Below are positions 50,267 through 63,080 of a stretch of DNA of 64,000 nt, piece by piece. The translations under genes were made by a program, and so were the position numbers. Under the pieces are notes generated by a model, which saw only the letters and a list, made by a program, of their open reading frames with translations, had not been told where the DNA came from and made no database searches. The DNA is from Raillietiella orientalis (taxonomy: Eukaryota), in contig JAYWIR010000024.1 of assembly GCA_036172245.1 (NCBI GenBank), forward strand, positions 744,001 to 808,000. Direction: 5' to 3'. Numbering within the stretch: position 1 is the first letter of the stretch; each line of letters begins with the position of its first letter.

Positions 50267-53200
50267 AGCGATCCTTGGCGTCGAGGGAGGGAGTAGCGGA
50301 AGAAAGAAAAGAAAAAAAAAAAGGGAGAAATAACACACATTAGCACATGCTTGGTTTTCGTTCTACAGCGCCACCCGCCAGCGCCACCCGCCAGCGTCAC
50401 CCACCACTGCGCCACCGTTTTCGGGCCGAAGAACGTCGGAACCATTCCGTGTAACCGCGGAAACGGCACGCCTGCTGCCGGAACGCACGGGACGGGGATG
50501 CGTGAAAAAATTCCTTGGCTGCGATGAATCTGCACGCGCAGCCCGTCACCACCTTCCGCGCAACCCGATCAAGGATGCTCTCCCGCGTCCTGTGAACCTC
50601 CCGGAGCCGGACGTTCAGAGATTTCGTCGCTGCTCTTCTTTCGAGGTGCATCGCTCGGGCGAGGCGCCCGTTCCTTGTAGTCCTCCGCAGGCGGTGGAAC
50701 GAACGGAAGGAAGGGGAGGGCGGTTGAAGAGGGGGGGGGGGGAAGGGAAGGCGCCAGGATCGCTGGCTCCGCCTTGTCCGCGAACTCTCGAAGAGATCGC
50801 AGCAGATCAAGCTGGCGGCTGGCAGTAAGCCTGGCGTTCGCAGCGGGGGATGGGGAAGCTCCTCTGGCGCTCTCCGCAACTTTTTTTTTTAAGAGAGGGG
50901 GAAGGGGGTGCCACTCATCCGGGAAGTTTTCTGCTGAAGCACTCTCTGTGGTGGATGCGGCGACCTAGATGTTTCTGGACGCCTTTGCTTTCTGATCTCA
51001 GCTTCTATCTTCCTGAGCTACTGGCTCATCTCTTGAGAGATGAAGCAGATCTCTCTCGGCATCCCAGTCGTGCAGAGCTCGAAGCAAAACCGAGGAAAAA
51101 GAGAGAGAGAAAGAAAGAGAAGACAGGAGGACCTCCGAAGTGCTTGCTGACTGTTCCATCGCGCCATGAGCAGGTTCGGGGAGCGGGAGAGGATGCCGGG
51201 CATACGGTGACCGTTGCCTGTGGGAGAGCGCGTGGGCCCCGGGCGAAGGGGACGCGCATCTTTCCTGCCCGCCGCTGCCACTGCTGGCTTCCGGAGCACC
51301 AACACTGCAATTTTTCGCAACGCTTCGCTCTCCTCCTTCCCCGGAAATCGCGTGCTTCGAGGGATCCTGGCAGCGCAGGAGAGGGAGGCACCGCTGCTCG
51401 TCGGCAGTTGCGCGGTTTTCGCGGTTTCCGGATAGGCGAGCACGTGCGCGGGGATGCCGGGTATCGTCCGGGGGAAGGGAAGGGAAGCGGCTGAGCCCGT
51501 CCTCGACCCGGAACGGGAAATCGGGGGAGCGGCAGCGTTTCCTCGTCGAGGGGCCTGGCAGGCGGGCGGGTACAAAGCACCTGCCCCTTCCTCCCTCTTC
51601 CCCTTACCGTGAGTCCTCGGCCTTGGGAGCGAACTCACGGGGTATGGAAGGGAGTGGGAGAAAGGAATGGGGAAGGGGAAGACGCGCGCGCGCAACTGCA
51701 TAAACAAGAAAACTTTACTCACGGGAACGTGCCGCAGGAGCGTCTTTCGGCCGCCGATCCGCGAGCACGAACGGTCGCTATGGAGTAGGGAACTCCTCGC
51801 ATCGGAGGAGAGAAGGAGCGAGAGCTCTCCGCGCTCTCCTCTCCCGGTGTCGCAGCTGGCTGCCTCTCCTCGCCTCACTTTCTCCTCCTAATGACATCCG
51901 TCACGGCCCGAGATCCCGCGCGAGGTGGCCCCGTAGCACCCTCGTGCGGTGCAGGGCGAGGGAGACGGCGCCGGGTGGACCTGGCCGCAGCTTCCGTAAA
52001 GGCCTCCGGAAGTCCCCCGCACGGATCGATCCGCTCAGCGGAGGATGAACGGGTGGGCGGGTGGATTCCCCCATCTTCCTGCTTCAGGGGAGACGGGCTC
52101 TGGTCTCGTCGTCCCTGCTCCCTCCTCGTCGAGACGCGAGGGCGCCCGCTGGGAGCCGTGGAGACGGAAACTGAGGGGAGGGGGAACGGATCGTTACCGT
52201 CCGCTTTGCTCGCAAGGGAGTCCGGGACGCAGAATTGCCACCAAAGGCATCCGGCCCTTCGATCGCATCGAAAGCTCTCAGGGAGGCACGATAGAGGGAC
52301 AAGCAGACTGCCGATCGTCCTTGCTGTCACCGCGTCATCATCGTGATGATTATTACCGTCACGACCACCACCGTACCACCAGAGCACATCGCCATCGCCG
52401 CCGTCTCACCGGTGGATCGGCGGGTTCCTTCTCCACGGTGGTTTTCCTCCTGCCCTCCTGTCTCTGATCGGCTGGGTCGAAGGGTAGCGCGCGGCCACGA
52501 TGGCGTCACCTTCTGTATCAGTTGAGGCGCGTATCGGCCTGAGGTTATCGGGAGCAGGAAGAGGCAGTTGGCTTCTCCTGACCGCAGCACCCTACTTCTG
52601 AGCGGAGGACAACGCGAGCTGTCCCGCGATCGGTTGCGAAAATCGTCCGGAGTCCTGCGCGAGCGAGCGGAACCGCGTCGCGGCCGCGAGCGGCGCGCGA
52701 GAGGAGAGCGTGGTAAGGAAAGAAGGGATGGGGGAGGAGGAAACCCGCTGCAAGACGAAAGGGAAGTCGCTGGCGGCAGCAACCGGGTAGACAACAGGCC
52801 CTGATGCCCGCGTTGCCCTCTGAGAGCTTCCCTGGAGAAGAGTCCGGAACGCGAGGAAGGAAGGAAGCACCGGCGGGATATTCCCAGCCGAGAGCCCGCA
52901 GCAGCATCGTGTGGCTTTTGCCGTGTTACTGCGCGTGAGTGACTGTGGCGTTCCAGAGCGAAAGGGCGGACAGGGTGGGGGGGGGAGGGGTTCGGGAGGC
53001 TTTCCTTGCTTTCTTCTCTCCTCGCGGGGGAGCACGCGCGCGCGAGAGGGATGAACCTAGGCGAGCGCTTGGAGACCGAGGAGCTCCCGGCACCAACTTT
53101 CTCTTTCGGAATTTCGGGCCGAACCCGTCCGTCTTCGCGGATCCCCATTTGGCGGAGGTTCGCCGCCGGGGGGAGGCTGCTGCGTTGGCACAGATTCCGT

Positions 53201-54159
53201 GCCGCGTGCGCAAATCGTTCCGACGAAAGTGACCAGTGCGGCCCGGGGCGCTGAATGGCCTACTGCTCCTCGGAACCCTTAAGGAGCGACCGCTCCTCTT
53301 CTGCCCTCCGCCTTCTCCCTCCCCCGTTCTTCGGGGTTCAGAGCATCCCAGACTTTCCCTTACTCCCGCGTCTCGCGAGACTCATCTGCACCTTCGCCTC
53401 CTGGCATCCATCGGAGAGCGGGGATGTGGAAGGCTTAGGCCGATCCCGCCTCCTCCTCCCCTTCTCCCTCCGCGGCGTTTTCACTCTCTCTCTCGGATCT
53501 TTCACTTTCGAGCACGCGAGAATTCACTTTCCCAGCGGCGGGGAGTTCGCCCTGCGGCACTGGAACGCCCCGGAGCAGAGCTGCTCGAGGCCGCTCTCCT
53601 CCCCCGCATCGCCGGAGAAAGCGCCGCACGCGCGCGCGTCTTCCTCTTCGGCGTCTGGGACCCATGGTTGCAAAGGCTCGGTACGGGGAGCGGAGGAAGG
53701 CCGCTGGCGATCAATCTGGGCAAGGAGCACGCGTCCCCCTCGGAGTAGGGAAGAGGGATGTCTGCGCCTGTCTCCGCGGCGTGCAGCAGCGGGGAGGGGG
53801 TGTTGGGGTGGCCCTCAGAGTGGAGGGGTAGAGGGCATTCGTGCATTCAAGGACGGTCCGTACACATAAAGGGAACGTAGGAAAGTGTGCCGGTTTCGTG
53901 CGTTTTGGTCTGTTGTACACGTGCGCTTGCGCAGAGCACACAGGTGTGCACGTACACAAGCATGCGGCACTAGCCACCTGCTTGCGAATGCAAGCGCGTA
54001 CAGGCGCTTTTTTGTCCACCCATCTTGGAAAATGTCAGCATGAGAGTGCGCATCTGCACTCTCACGCCATACGTGCAGCCTCATGAATTCGTGAACGACA
54101 CACATAAATATGTAAATTCACGAATCTGCTTGTGTATACATTTTACGATCATCGTCAAT

Positions 54160-54470
54160 ATCTATCCATCGATCGATCTATCGATTCATCTCCCCATCCA
54201 TCCATTCTATCTGTCCATTTATCGATCGATCGATCCATCTATCAGTATCTATTTATCTGTCCATTCATCCATCTATCCATCTATCAATATTTGTCTGTCC
54301 ATCCATCTATTCATCTATCTATCTATTTATCCATATATACATCTATTCATCCAACTAGGGATCCACCTATCTGTACATCCATCTATAGATGCATTGATCG
54401 ATCCCTCGCTCCATCTATCACTCTATCCATCTCTCTATCTCTATCTATCTATCCATATATACATATATAT
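54160..54470. repeat. Degenerate (TCTA/TCCA)n simple repeat
   Basis: Run of atctatccat-type units, flanked by CA/TG-rich low-complexity sequence. Confidence 0.85.
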
Positions 54471-57400
54471 GTACTACACGCATATGCTGGTTTGCATGGA
54501 TAAAGTGCGCACTTTCGTGGACGCGGGCGCTTGGGTGCGCGTGCATGACGTGAGGGCAAGCACGAAGACTTGCACATGTGTGACACGTGCGTCCGAGGCA
54601 CCAACGCAAGGGCCCGCTGTTGGTGTAGTGAATGCTTGAGCATGCATCCTTTCCGAGACCTGCCCTGAGCCCTCTCGTACGGGGTTCGCCGCAAGCAGCA
54701 GCAGTCAGGTAGGGTGGAGCGTGCCCTTCTCCACTGCCGCGTGAACGAAGAGGGGGGGAAAGGGGGGTGGGGAGGAACGGAGAGCTTTTAGCTCAGGCAG
54801 CCGGACGTCTTCATCGCTCTCTTCCCCCATCTCCGGCCTTCGCTTATCTTGAAGGCGAAGCGGTGAGTAGTGGACCGCTGACGATGACGGCAACGTGAAG
54901 CAGCTCCCGACCGAGGCAATGAGAAAGAGGAGGCATGGCTGCTCGCCCGCTTTCCTCCCCTCTCTCTCTCTTCTCCCCCCCCCCCCAATCTTCTACCTCC
55001 CCCCTTCCGCAACAACACGCGGGAAAAAGAGCTCGTGGCCAACGCCATCGATCCCCCTCCTCTCTCTATCGCTTCCCTGGGGCCAGGGGAAGGCGAAGCC
55101 GATGCCACCACTTCCTAAGCAGTCCGTCCGGACACCAGCGCCCCGCGGCGACGTCCCCGAAGGTCGTACGCACGGTCGCCGCCATCCGGCTGAGGCGAGC
55201 GGTAACAAGGCGTCCCCTCCGCCAAGGCCGCCGCCGCTCCCCCTGCCGTGGCCATCGAGCTGAAACGGGGCGAATCACCTCCTACTCCTCTGCTTTTCCT
55301 TTCATATCTCTTCTCTCTCCCCTCCCAGTTCGGGGAAAGAAGCGGCGGTGCCTGCTCCCGAGGGAGACGAACGGTGGAAATTCATCTTTCGGGGAAGGCA
55401 CGTGGATGGCGAGGCGCGCCAATGGCAGTGAACCGACCTTCCCAGCTTCCGTTCGGAGCGCGACAGGAAAACGGGAACGGCTGCAGCAGCTCGCCAGGCC
55501 CGGTGGACGAGCGACGCCACGTCTGGAAAAGGAATCGAGGAAAGAAGATACAACAGTGGGAAGGATGAAGAGCAGCGGTGGTGGAAAACAAGAATCATGG
55601 AAGACAAAGAGACAGCAGAGGAGGGAACAGCAGCTGACGAGGCGCGGAAACGAGGAAAGAAGAAAGCTGGACGAATCTTCCTGTTCCCAGGGGGAGGGAC
55701 GGACTGAGAAACAGGTGGACTCAGAAGCAATCCTTTCCTCACAAGGAAGGGAAGAGCTCTCTCGAATCTCCAAGTCTTTTCCATGCCAACCGCGAGGACA
55801 GGGTGCCACGTGCCCCTGTACGGGCTTTGTAGCTGTCGGCAAGGATTTCCCGCCCATCCGAAGGACCCTGGAGGACGCTCCTCACGGGAGGATATCGGGA
55901 TCGAAGGATCCTCGCAATCATTCTCGACCGAGGAGCGCTTTGACCTCTTCCGCATAGTGTGTAGTGTGGCGTGGAAAAGAAGTGCCCAACTGGTCCTTGC
56001 CTCAAGCACGACTCATGAGGATAGGGATGAGGAGTGAAAGTGCCGAAGGCAGCAGCAGGCCCTCATTCCGCACCTGGTAGCGCGCATCCATGATGAAGAT
56101 GTCAGAGTTTTCCTGGTGCTGCCTTCCCCAAGTTCCCGGCATCCTAGACGGTAGCTTGTCGGAACCGATGGATGGAGTGCGAGCTGTCCGGTGCTGTTCC
56201 TCAATGGGCAGAAAGATCATGGAGCGGAGGATCTTTTGCATGTGGGGAGAAGATCAGACTAGACGATAGCTCAGCACAGGGAGCGCCACGTGAGGATGCA
56301 CCAGTGAGGCACCAGCTGTTGCAACCCGACCAACCACAGTGAAGCTTCTGTACCATCTTTGTCTCTTCCTTGCTTCTTGTTCTCCACCATCGCTGCTCTT
56401 CTCCCTTCCCATCGTTGTGCCTTCCTTCCTCCCCTCCACCTCCTACTTCTTTCCTTCTACTCCTCTTCCTGAGAACTCTCCTGATACCTTTCTGCGGGAA
56501 ACTTGGGGATCCCCTGCCGAGTTTTGGGTGGGACCGAGAAAGTTCCTGACATCCTCCACGGTAGCGTGTCGGAACCGGTAGATGGAGCGCGCGATCTCTG
56601 GAACTGCCCCGGGCTGATGCCTCCCCATTGCGGTCTGTCCATTCAGCCGTATAGGGATTTTTTTCCGTCCTATGTGACCCACGCGCACCCTCGAAGGAGC
56701 AGCACCCTCCAGTTACCTTGGGAGATGCAGCTACCACCCTTCGTTCGCCCGCGAAGTCTCGAGGTGCGTGCAAGTCAAGGGTCTCAAAACACACACCAGA
56801 AAGGACACATCCCACGTCTTCATAACCCGTTCGTTTGGTCTACAGGAACGGTACCGTTGCATTCGCGACTGTGGCGGGAACTGATCATCAACCTGGCGGT
56901 GAGTCCAGCGTGCGTCTCGGCCACGTCTTGCGTTGACCCGCACCATCGTGCGCCTCGTAGCAACTTGCATATGTGCGATGGACTCTCGAGTTCTCTCAGG
57001 GCTCCATGGCTTTGGAGATCTCACGGTCCAAGGAGTCTGCCGCTAACTCCTGGAGCGGTTGCAGGCAAAGGGGAAGAGACGGTTCGTGGCACTCTCTTCT
57101 CCCTATGTCGTGTTTCGTCAGACAATAGATCGCCGAGCTTTCGGAAGGGTGGCAGTCACCGAGGATATCGACGACTCGATTCTTCTTCCGGAATGCGAGG
57201 TTTCGGCCGAGGTTGCGAGCCGGCTCTCGGGACTGGTTGGTTACAACCATTCCCCGCCTCTCCCAAAAGTTCGCTCCCGTTCCTGTGTCGCGCTCTCCAA
57301 TTCGATTCCCCCCGATCGTCTCTCCTCCCTACCATAGGACTGGACCGTGCCTATAGGCGATGGTTGAGGAAGCGCTGCAGCAGCGCCCTGTCCCACGCCA

Positions 57401-58774
57401 CGCATTTCTCTTACGGCCAGCTGCTCGCGAGAGTGGCGAGCGCTGAGGAGGACTGCGCGTGAGATGCGTCGGGAGGAGGCGGTGCCCGATCAGCCAGAGC
57501 AACAGCCAACCTCCAACCGTTCCGGTTGCAACCACTGTCGGGTGGTGCGGATCGCCTTCGGCCGTCACTACGGGGGCGCATGGCTCACTCCGCGAGGTCC
57601 ACCCCGGCGGCGAGATGGCACGAAAGAGCGGGATGCCGTTCCCCTACCGGCGCCCAAGAGAGACAAACGGAAGGAGACTTCACCCTTCAGCCTCAGCACC
57701 GTTGCGCGCGCAGCTCATCTTTCCTCTTCCAACGCCCGAGGAAGGAGGCGGAAAGCAGGGAGGTTTGATGCCTTCGAGAATCCCTCGCCGAAGGCCGAAA
57801 GGAACGGGTGCGACCCGAATAATCCCGCTCTTGTCTGTCCTCGCGCTGGCGTCCGCCCTCTTCGCTGTGACATCGGGAGCTTCCCTGAGCTCTCGACTTT
57901 TCCGGAACACACCCGGGAATTCGAAAAGAAGCTCGAAGGGTTCGCTTCCCTAGATGCATCCGGAAATGAGGAAAACAAGTTGGCGCGGGAGGAACGGCAC
58001 TAGACGGTACGGCAGAATGGAGGGAGCACGGAACGTGCCCCCCCCCCCACTCTTCTTGGATGTGGATGCTGCGAAGCGGCGATCGCCAGCGCAGCGGGGA
58101 GGCCAAGCGGCATCTTCTCCCGCTATGGGCGCCGGGCGGATGTGGCCTTCCCCCTCCGCTCAGGAGGCAGGAAGGAGCAGGTGAGCGGCGCAAAGCAGCC
58201 GCCGCCTCCGAGAACAACGCGCCGCGCCTAGGGGGATTCGTGAATCCGTTGTGGCTTCGCCCTGCCGGAGGCCGTTGGACGCTGGTTGGTGCTGCTGGGC
58301 ACAGCGGTCGGCCTTCCTGAGCTCGCCGGTTCCCGGAAGAGCTTCCGCTCTCCGGCCGTGCTGAAGTGCGCGTGCCTCGAAGCCGTGCAACCGGGCTGCA
58401 TCCTTTCCCACCCGCTCCTCAGACCTCCAGAAAGATTCGCGCGGTTCTTCCTCTCCGCATGCGAGGGAGAGGATCGAGGTGGGGGGTGAGGTGGAAGGAA
58501 GGAGTTGCAGAAAGCCATCCCCGATGCGGCAGAAGCGGATCGAAACGAGGCAAAGAATTTCTTGTCTCCTCTCACCCACAGACCCAGTGGATTTCCTCCA
58601 GCGGATTGGCCCGCCGTTGGCGGTCGTGCAGCTTCGACCCTTCGCGCGTGGCACGGAGCGTCGCAGGTTCTAATGTCCGCGTGGAGGATCGACGCCGAGA
58701 GATGCGTGCGTCGTGAGTTTCAACTTCCCCCCGTAAGATGATGCTGGTTGGCCTGTAGGCTTCGGGTGTGGCTC

Positions 58775-59235
58775 TGGTGGAAGCCGAATGCCCCGCTTAC
58801 TAGTCAGGATTGGAAGTTGACCCTCCGGGGTCCTTCCGGGCATCAAGCGCTGTTCCTCTCCGGTTGGGAGAATGGAGCCGTGCTCCCCCTCAAGGGAAGA
58901 CGTTCCATCGAGTATTGTAGAGCTCGTTGATGTCCCCTCGGAGGGTTTCCTTCTCCAAAGTGTAAGAAGCGCTGCTCCCTTGGGGAAGGGACCTTTCAGA
59001 GAAAATCGGGAAGCATCCCTTCAGGATTCTCTTCCGAGGAGAAAATGAAAAGAAGATCCTTTCCGGGAGAACCTTCCAGAGAAGTTCCAGGAGCGGGTCT
59101 TTTACGAGTTCCCTTTGGAGAGAACAAGGAAGAGGTTCTCTTCACGGTAGCAAGAGGAATAATCCCCTTCCTCCGGAGCCCTTCCTGGATTCATAGGATC
59201 TCCTCGTGGGGTATCCTTCCATCGTAACTTGGAGA
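58775..59235 (-). repeat. Dispersed GC-rich repeat, copy D (most diverged)
   Basis: Reverse complement contains CCTATGAATCCAGGAAGGGCTCCGGAG (shared with copy C) and CCGCTCCTGGAACTTCTCTGGAAGGTTCTCCCGGAAAGGATC. Confidence 0.75.
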
Positions 59236-60049
59236 GTTACACACACACCCTAGTGGTGTGGACAGTGTGTAAGAGCATAGTGACTCCACCAAAGAGGCGA
59301 ACGGTTCTCTGAGTGTTCAGCGGATCGGTCGAGGTGGTCCAAGAATATTGCCGAAGAGAGGGTCTCTCTGTGAAGAACCTCCGAGGTTTCTCTCGCCTTC
59401 CGACTGCAGCTGCAAACCCGAACGAGTGGCACCCGTCCGTACCTCCCCCTTCCTCCCCTCCGTTCTGTAACCTCACTGCCCCCTTTCTTCCGCCCCCGCC
59501 TGCTGTTTTCGTGGGAAGCTTCAAGGGCGGCGGGGCGGTCCAAGGTGTTTTCCTTGTCCCGCTCCGCAGCAGAAGGGCAGCTGAGGCTCTCGGAGTTCCC
59601 TCGCATTCATCAATTACGCCTTGGACCAATTCCAGACCTCTTTCTTCTTCCTCCTCCTCCTCCTCTTCCCCTCCCCTTCCCCCCCCCCCCCTTTACTGTC
59701 GGGATCGTGCCGGAAAAATCCATGGCTGCGCGCGAGACCCGAGATGCTGTGCGCCGCAGCCGCGCTCCGCTCTCGGGGGATGTTGCGAAAGCGGTCGGAG
59801 CACCGACTCGCGGCATTGAATCCCCGGGCCAGATAAAAGGGTGGATGAGAGGCCGAGAAGAGGCAGAGGAGAAGTGCACCGCGCTGGGAGTTGCCCCCTC
59901 CTTTAAGTTCGTTCCTTCCCGCAGCTCTCTTTCCTGTCCTCCCCGCCCTGAGCTGCCCCCCCTCATCGCCTCGCGCGCGCGAACGGCTGCTTCTCGACCC
60001 CCCGTCCCAGAAAGAAGAGAGGAAGAGGAGGGAGATCGGCTCCGGAGGG

Positions 60050-60858
60050 ATGGCCCTGCGGGACGTAAGTAGTGCGCGCGCGCCTTATCCCCCTCCCCCT
60101 CTCCCTCTTCCCGCGGGAGAGAGAGGCAAACGGATGCTTTCTTCCTCCCCCTTCCCCCCCGCAGGTCCTCCTCCTCCTCTGCACCCTCGTCGTGTCGGGG
60201 AGCGCCCAGCGGAGCTCTCCGGAGACGCTGCAGGAGAAGATCCTGAACGTTGACGGGAAGGACTACGAGACTACCGGCCGCCTCCGGCCGCCGCTTCCTC
60301 CCGGAGAAGGAGGAAGCTATGGAGAGGAAATAGGGACGAAGGAGGCCGTGGACGGCGACACCTACGGAGAAACGGACACCAGGCTCTCCGAAGGTAAGTT
60401 TTCTCCTTCTCAGCGCCTGGGGCGCCGCGGGGAGGAAAAGGGGGAAAGGGCCCTCGGCTCCTCTCCTTTGGACGGCCCCGGGAGCGGAGGGGGAATACGA
60501 GTTCCCCCCTCCCCCTTGCTTTTCAGGACTTCTCAGCATATTCCAAGGCGGTCAGCCCTACGGATTCGGCTCCGCGCCCCCCTCCTACTACCAAAACATC
60601 TACCTGGGGTACCCTGGGTCCTTCGGTCCATACGGTAGCCCGTACCTGGGAGGAGCGAGTCCCTACCCATTCTACGGGGGTGCCAACCCATACTCCTTCT
60701 TTCGAGGAGGCTTCCACACCCGGAACGTGAACTCCTTCTACGGGCTCGTGCATCCGGGAGGAGTCCCCCTGCCGCCCCCTGTTCTGGGACCCTCCTCTCC
60801 GTTTGGACCGGGTCTCCCCTTCTTCGACGACCAGGAGGGGGCGACGACTCCGCAGTGA
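60050..60858 (+). CDS. Secreted Gly/Tyr/Pro-rich protein, 191 aa, 3 exons (cuticular or other structural type, family not recognised)
   Basis: Exons 60050-60064, 60165-60393 and 60527-60858 have GTAAG donors and pyrimidine-rich CAG acceptors, and all phases match. Signal peptide MALRDVLLLLCTLVVSGSA, acidic middle part, then GGQPYGFGSAPPSYYQNIYLGYPGSFGPYGSPYLGGASPYPFYGGANPYSFF. TATA-like GATAAAA at 59832 and AATAAA at 61298-61303. Confidence 0.8.
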
Positions 60859-61749
60859 ACGCCGTCCCGCCGGCCACCCGTGAGAAATTCCCAGTCCAGA
60901 GAAGGGAAGGGAGGAGAGCAGGTGGAGGGGCATCGAAAGCTTCCTTTCAGCAGAGAAAGCCGCGCGCTCTTCCTGCTCCTTCTCCCACTTCCCGTTCCCT
61001 CTCTCCAAAGTGCCGGGAGATTATGGGAATCCTCCCATAGACCCCTCCCTCTCTCCCCTTTCCTCGTTTCACGATTCGAACAAGCCACAGCGCTCCATTC
61101 TGCTGTTCCCTCGCCTCCCACCCCAGGGAGATGGCGGCATCCCAAGAGGCGTTCCTTCCCGCTTCCCGCGAAGGTTCCTCCCGCACGTTCCGGCGAAGCA
61201 CGGGCGGCTCCGTCCGCACCTGACCGCCTCCTCGGGGAGTCGCCGCCGCTCAGCTCTAGAGCGCCGCGGCCAAGGGGCTCCGGGAGGGCTTCACACCAAT
61301 AAAATCAAGGAGAGGGAAGCACCGCGCCCCTTTCGTCTCACTGGGAGGCACCCTCTCGGGGGAGGCGGGCATGCCACCCTCTGAGCTGGGAACCTCGTTC
61401 CTCGGCGGAGGAGGCGGCGACTAGGCTGAAGGCGCCTCAGGAGAAGAGTCGGCTGCGCGCGCGCGCGGGGGGGGATAGGGGCTTAGCACGAGACCCCCCG
61501 GGTCGTTCTCCGCCCAACGCTCTGAAGGCAGAGTCCGGGAGCGAAAACTTCCGTCCACCCCTCTTCAAAAGGTGACGCTCGCCGGAGGGGAGTGCTGTTG
61601 CGGCAACCTCGGATTAGGGGGTTAGGGGCGGGGGCAGCGTGCATCAGCGAAGCGCTCCCACGCCCAGCAGACCTACAGGAATCGAGCGCACTTCGAACCC
61701 TCCCGGGGATCAATGGGAGGCCTCCTCCTCACTCTGTCTCCCGCGTCGC

Positions 61750-63080
61750 CCGACATGGGAGGGCGCTCACGTGTGCCCGTGTTGCTATGCACCGGGCTCC
61801 CCTACCCTTGGCTTCAGAATTGCCACGTGCCATCTGCAGGTCTCGGCAGGCAGGTGCGAACAGCTTCAGGTGTTGAAACGACTCAGCGGAAGCGGGATAG
61901 CAGCAGTTGGGATTGCGGGGAACATCATCCCACTCAGGGGTGACTCCGCGAGGACGGCGTCTCTCGTGTTCGAAGGAACGAATCGCCATGGCGACAGCCA
62001 GGTCCATTCGGGACCGCTGCAGCCTGAGGGATCTTTCGAGCCCTCACGGCTGGTTCCACTTGCCTGCTCGCTTCCCGCTTTTCCCACTTCAAGAAGTACG
62101 GCTCCCTGGGAGTGCCACCGAGCGGCGCTGTTGATCGAAACCTTTCGAGAGCCGCACACCTTCCTCCCTAATCCTCGTGCTCGCACGGTTCGCCTCGGCC
62201 GCGCCGCGGAGGCGGGCGCACCTGGGGAGTGCAGATGACGCCGGTCCTCTTTGAGGGAAAGGAGGGACGCGTGCGCGTGAAATCCCTGGTGAGGTGCAAG
62301 AGAGTGTGAAGATGACCACCGGCTCCGCCACACTGCTAGGAGGGTGCGGGCATCAGGGAAGAGGTCGAATGGCGTCGTGATGGAGAGCTCCAAGAAGCAC
62401 ACTCCGCGTATAGCTAGCCTTGAGGTTTTTTTCACGGTCAGCGGCAAGTAATCCAAAGATCCAGGGATCTGGGTCCATCATTTCTTCAGGATGGCCTTCT
62501 CTCGTAGACCTCCGTTTGGCTATTCTCATACCAATTCCTCTCTCTCTCTCTCTCTTTTTTCGTCCCCTTCTCCCTGAGATGAAATCTGGATTTTCCACTG
62601 TTAATTACAGCTTCAGCTCATCCGGCTCGGCAAAAAATCTGTGCAGCGCTGCCAGGAGCGAAACTCTTCCGCGACGAGCTTCCAGTAACTCCAGCGTTTC
62701 TGGCAAAGAGAATTTCACCTTGGATTCATCGCTTCGCGGTCAAGTGGGCGTGAGTGAGTGCGTCTGTTCGGACGGACGGATTGCAGCGCGATTTCGGTCA
62801 GCAGCTCGCGCGCCAGGGGCGGCTCCAGGTCCAACTCGGAGCATCCGGAGAGTACCTTCTGCGCTTCCTCCGGATGCCCTCCGAAAGGACCCTTAGAACT
62901 TCAGTGAGCTCCTCACCATCGTTAGCGAGGTCAGTTGTGACGAAGTTCGGCTCGCGTGGCTTCTCTCGAGTTTCCTTAGCGACCATTTCTGGTCCAGTTT
63001 ACGGTCAAACGGCGCTGCGTCCTCCGTTTCTTGATATTCATCTTCCTTTTTTCCTGATAAACCTTTCCAGCTAAGCCGGA
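61750..63080 (-). mobile_element. Probable decayed retroelement ORF1/gag-like remnant
   Basis: Broken coding-like frames (EPNFVTTDLANDGEELTEVLRVLSEG; DREKNLKASYTRSVLLGALHHDAIRPL) in a transposon-rich region. No diagnostic motif, so this is an inference only. Confidence 0.2.

Noticed and set aside
49601..50338. Single 245-aa ORF as the Ctr protein
   Set aside because: TM1 and YEGLK lie in other frames. The four-exon model restores the family sequence.
48949..54639. Hydrophobic I/Y/L/S-rich ORFs at 48949-49304 and 54025-54639
   Set aside because: They are translations of TCTA/TCCA microsatellites.
50400..59700. Many long overlapping ORFs of 150-340 aa
   Set aside because: Expected in GC-rich low-complexity DNA with few stop codons. 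They are R/P/S/G-rich with no domains.
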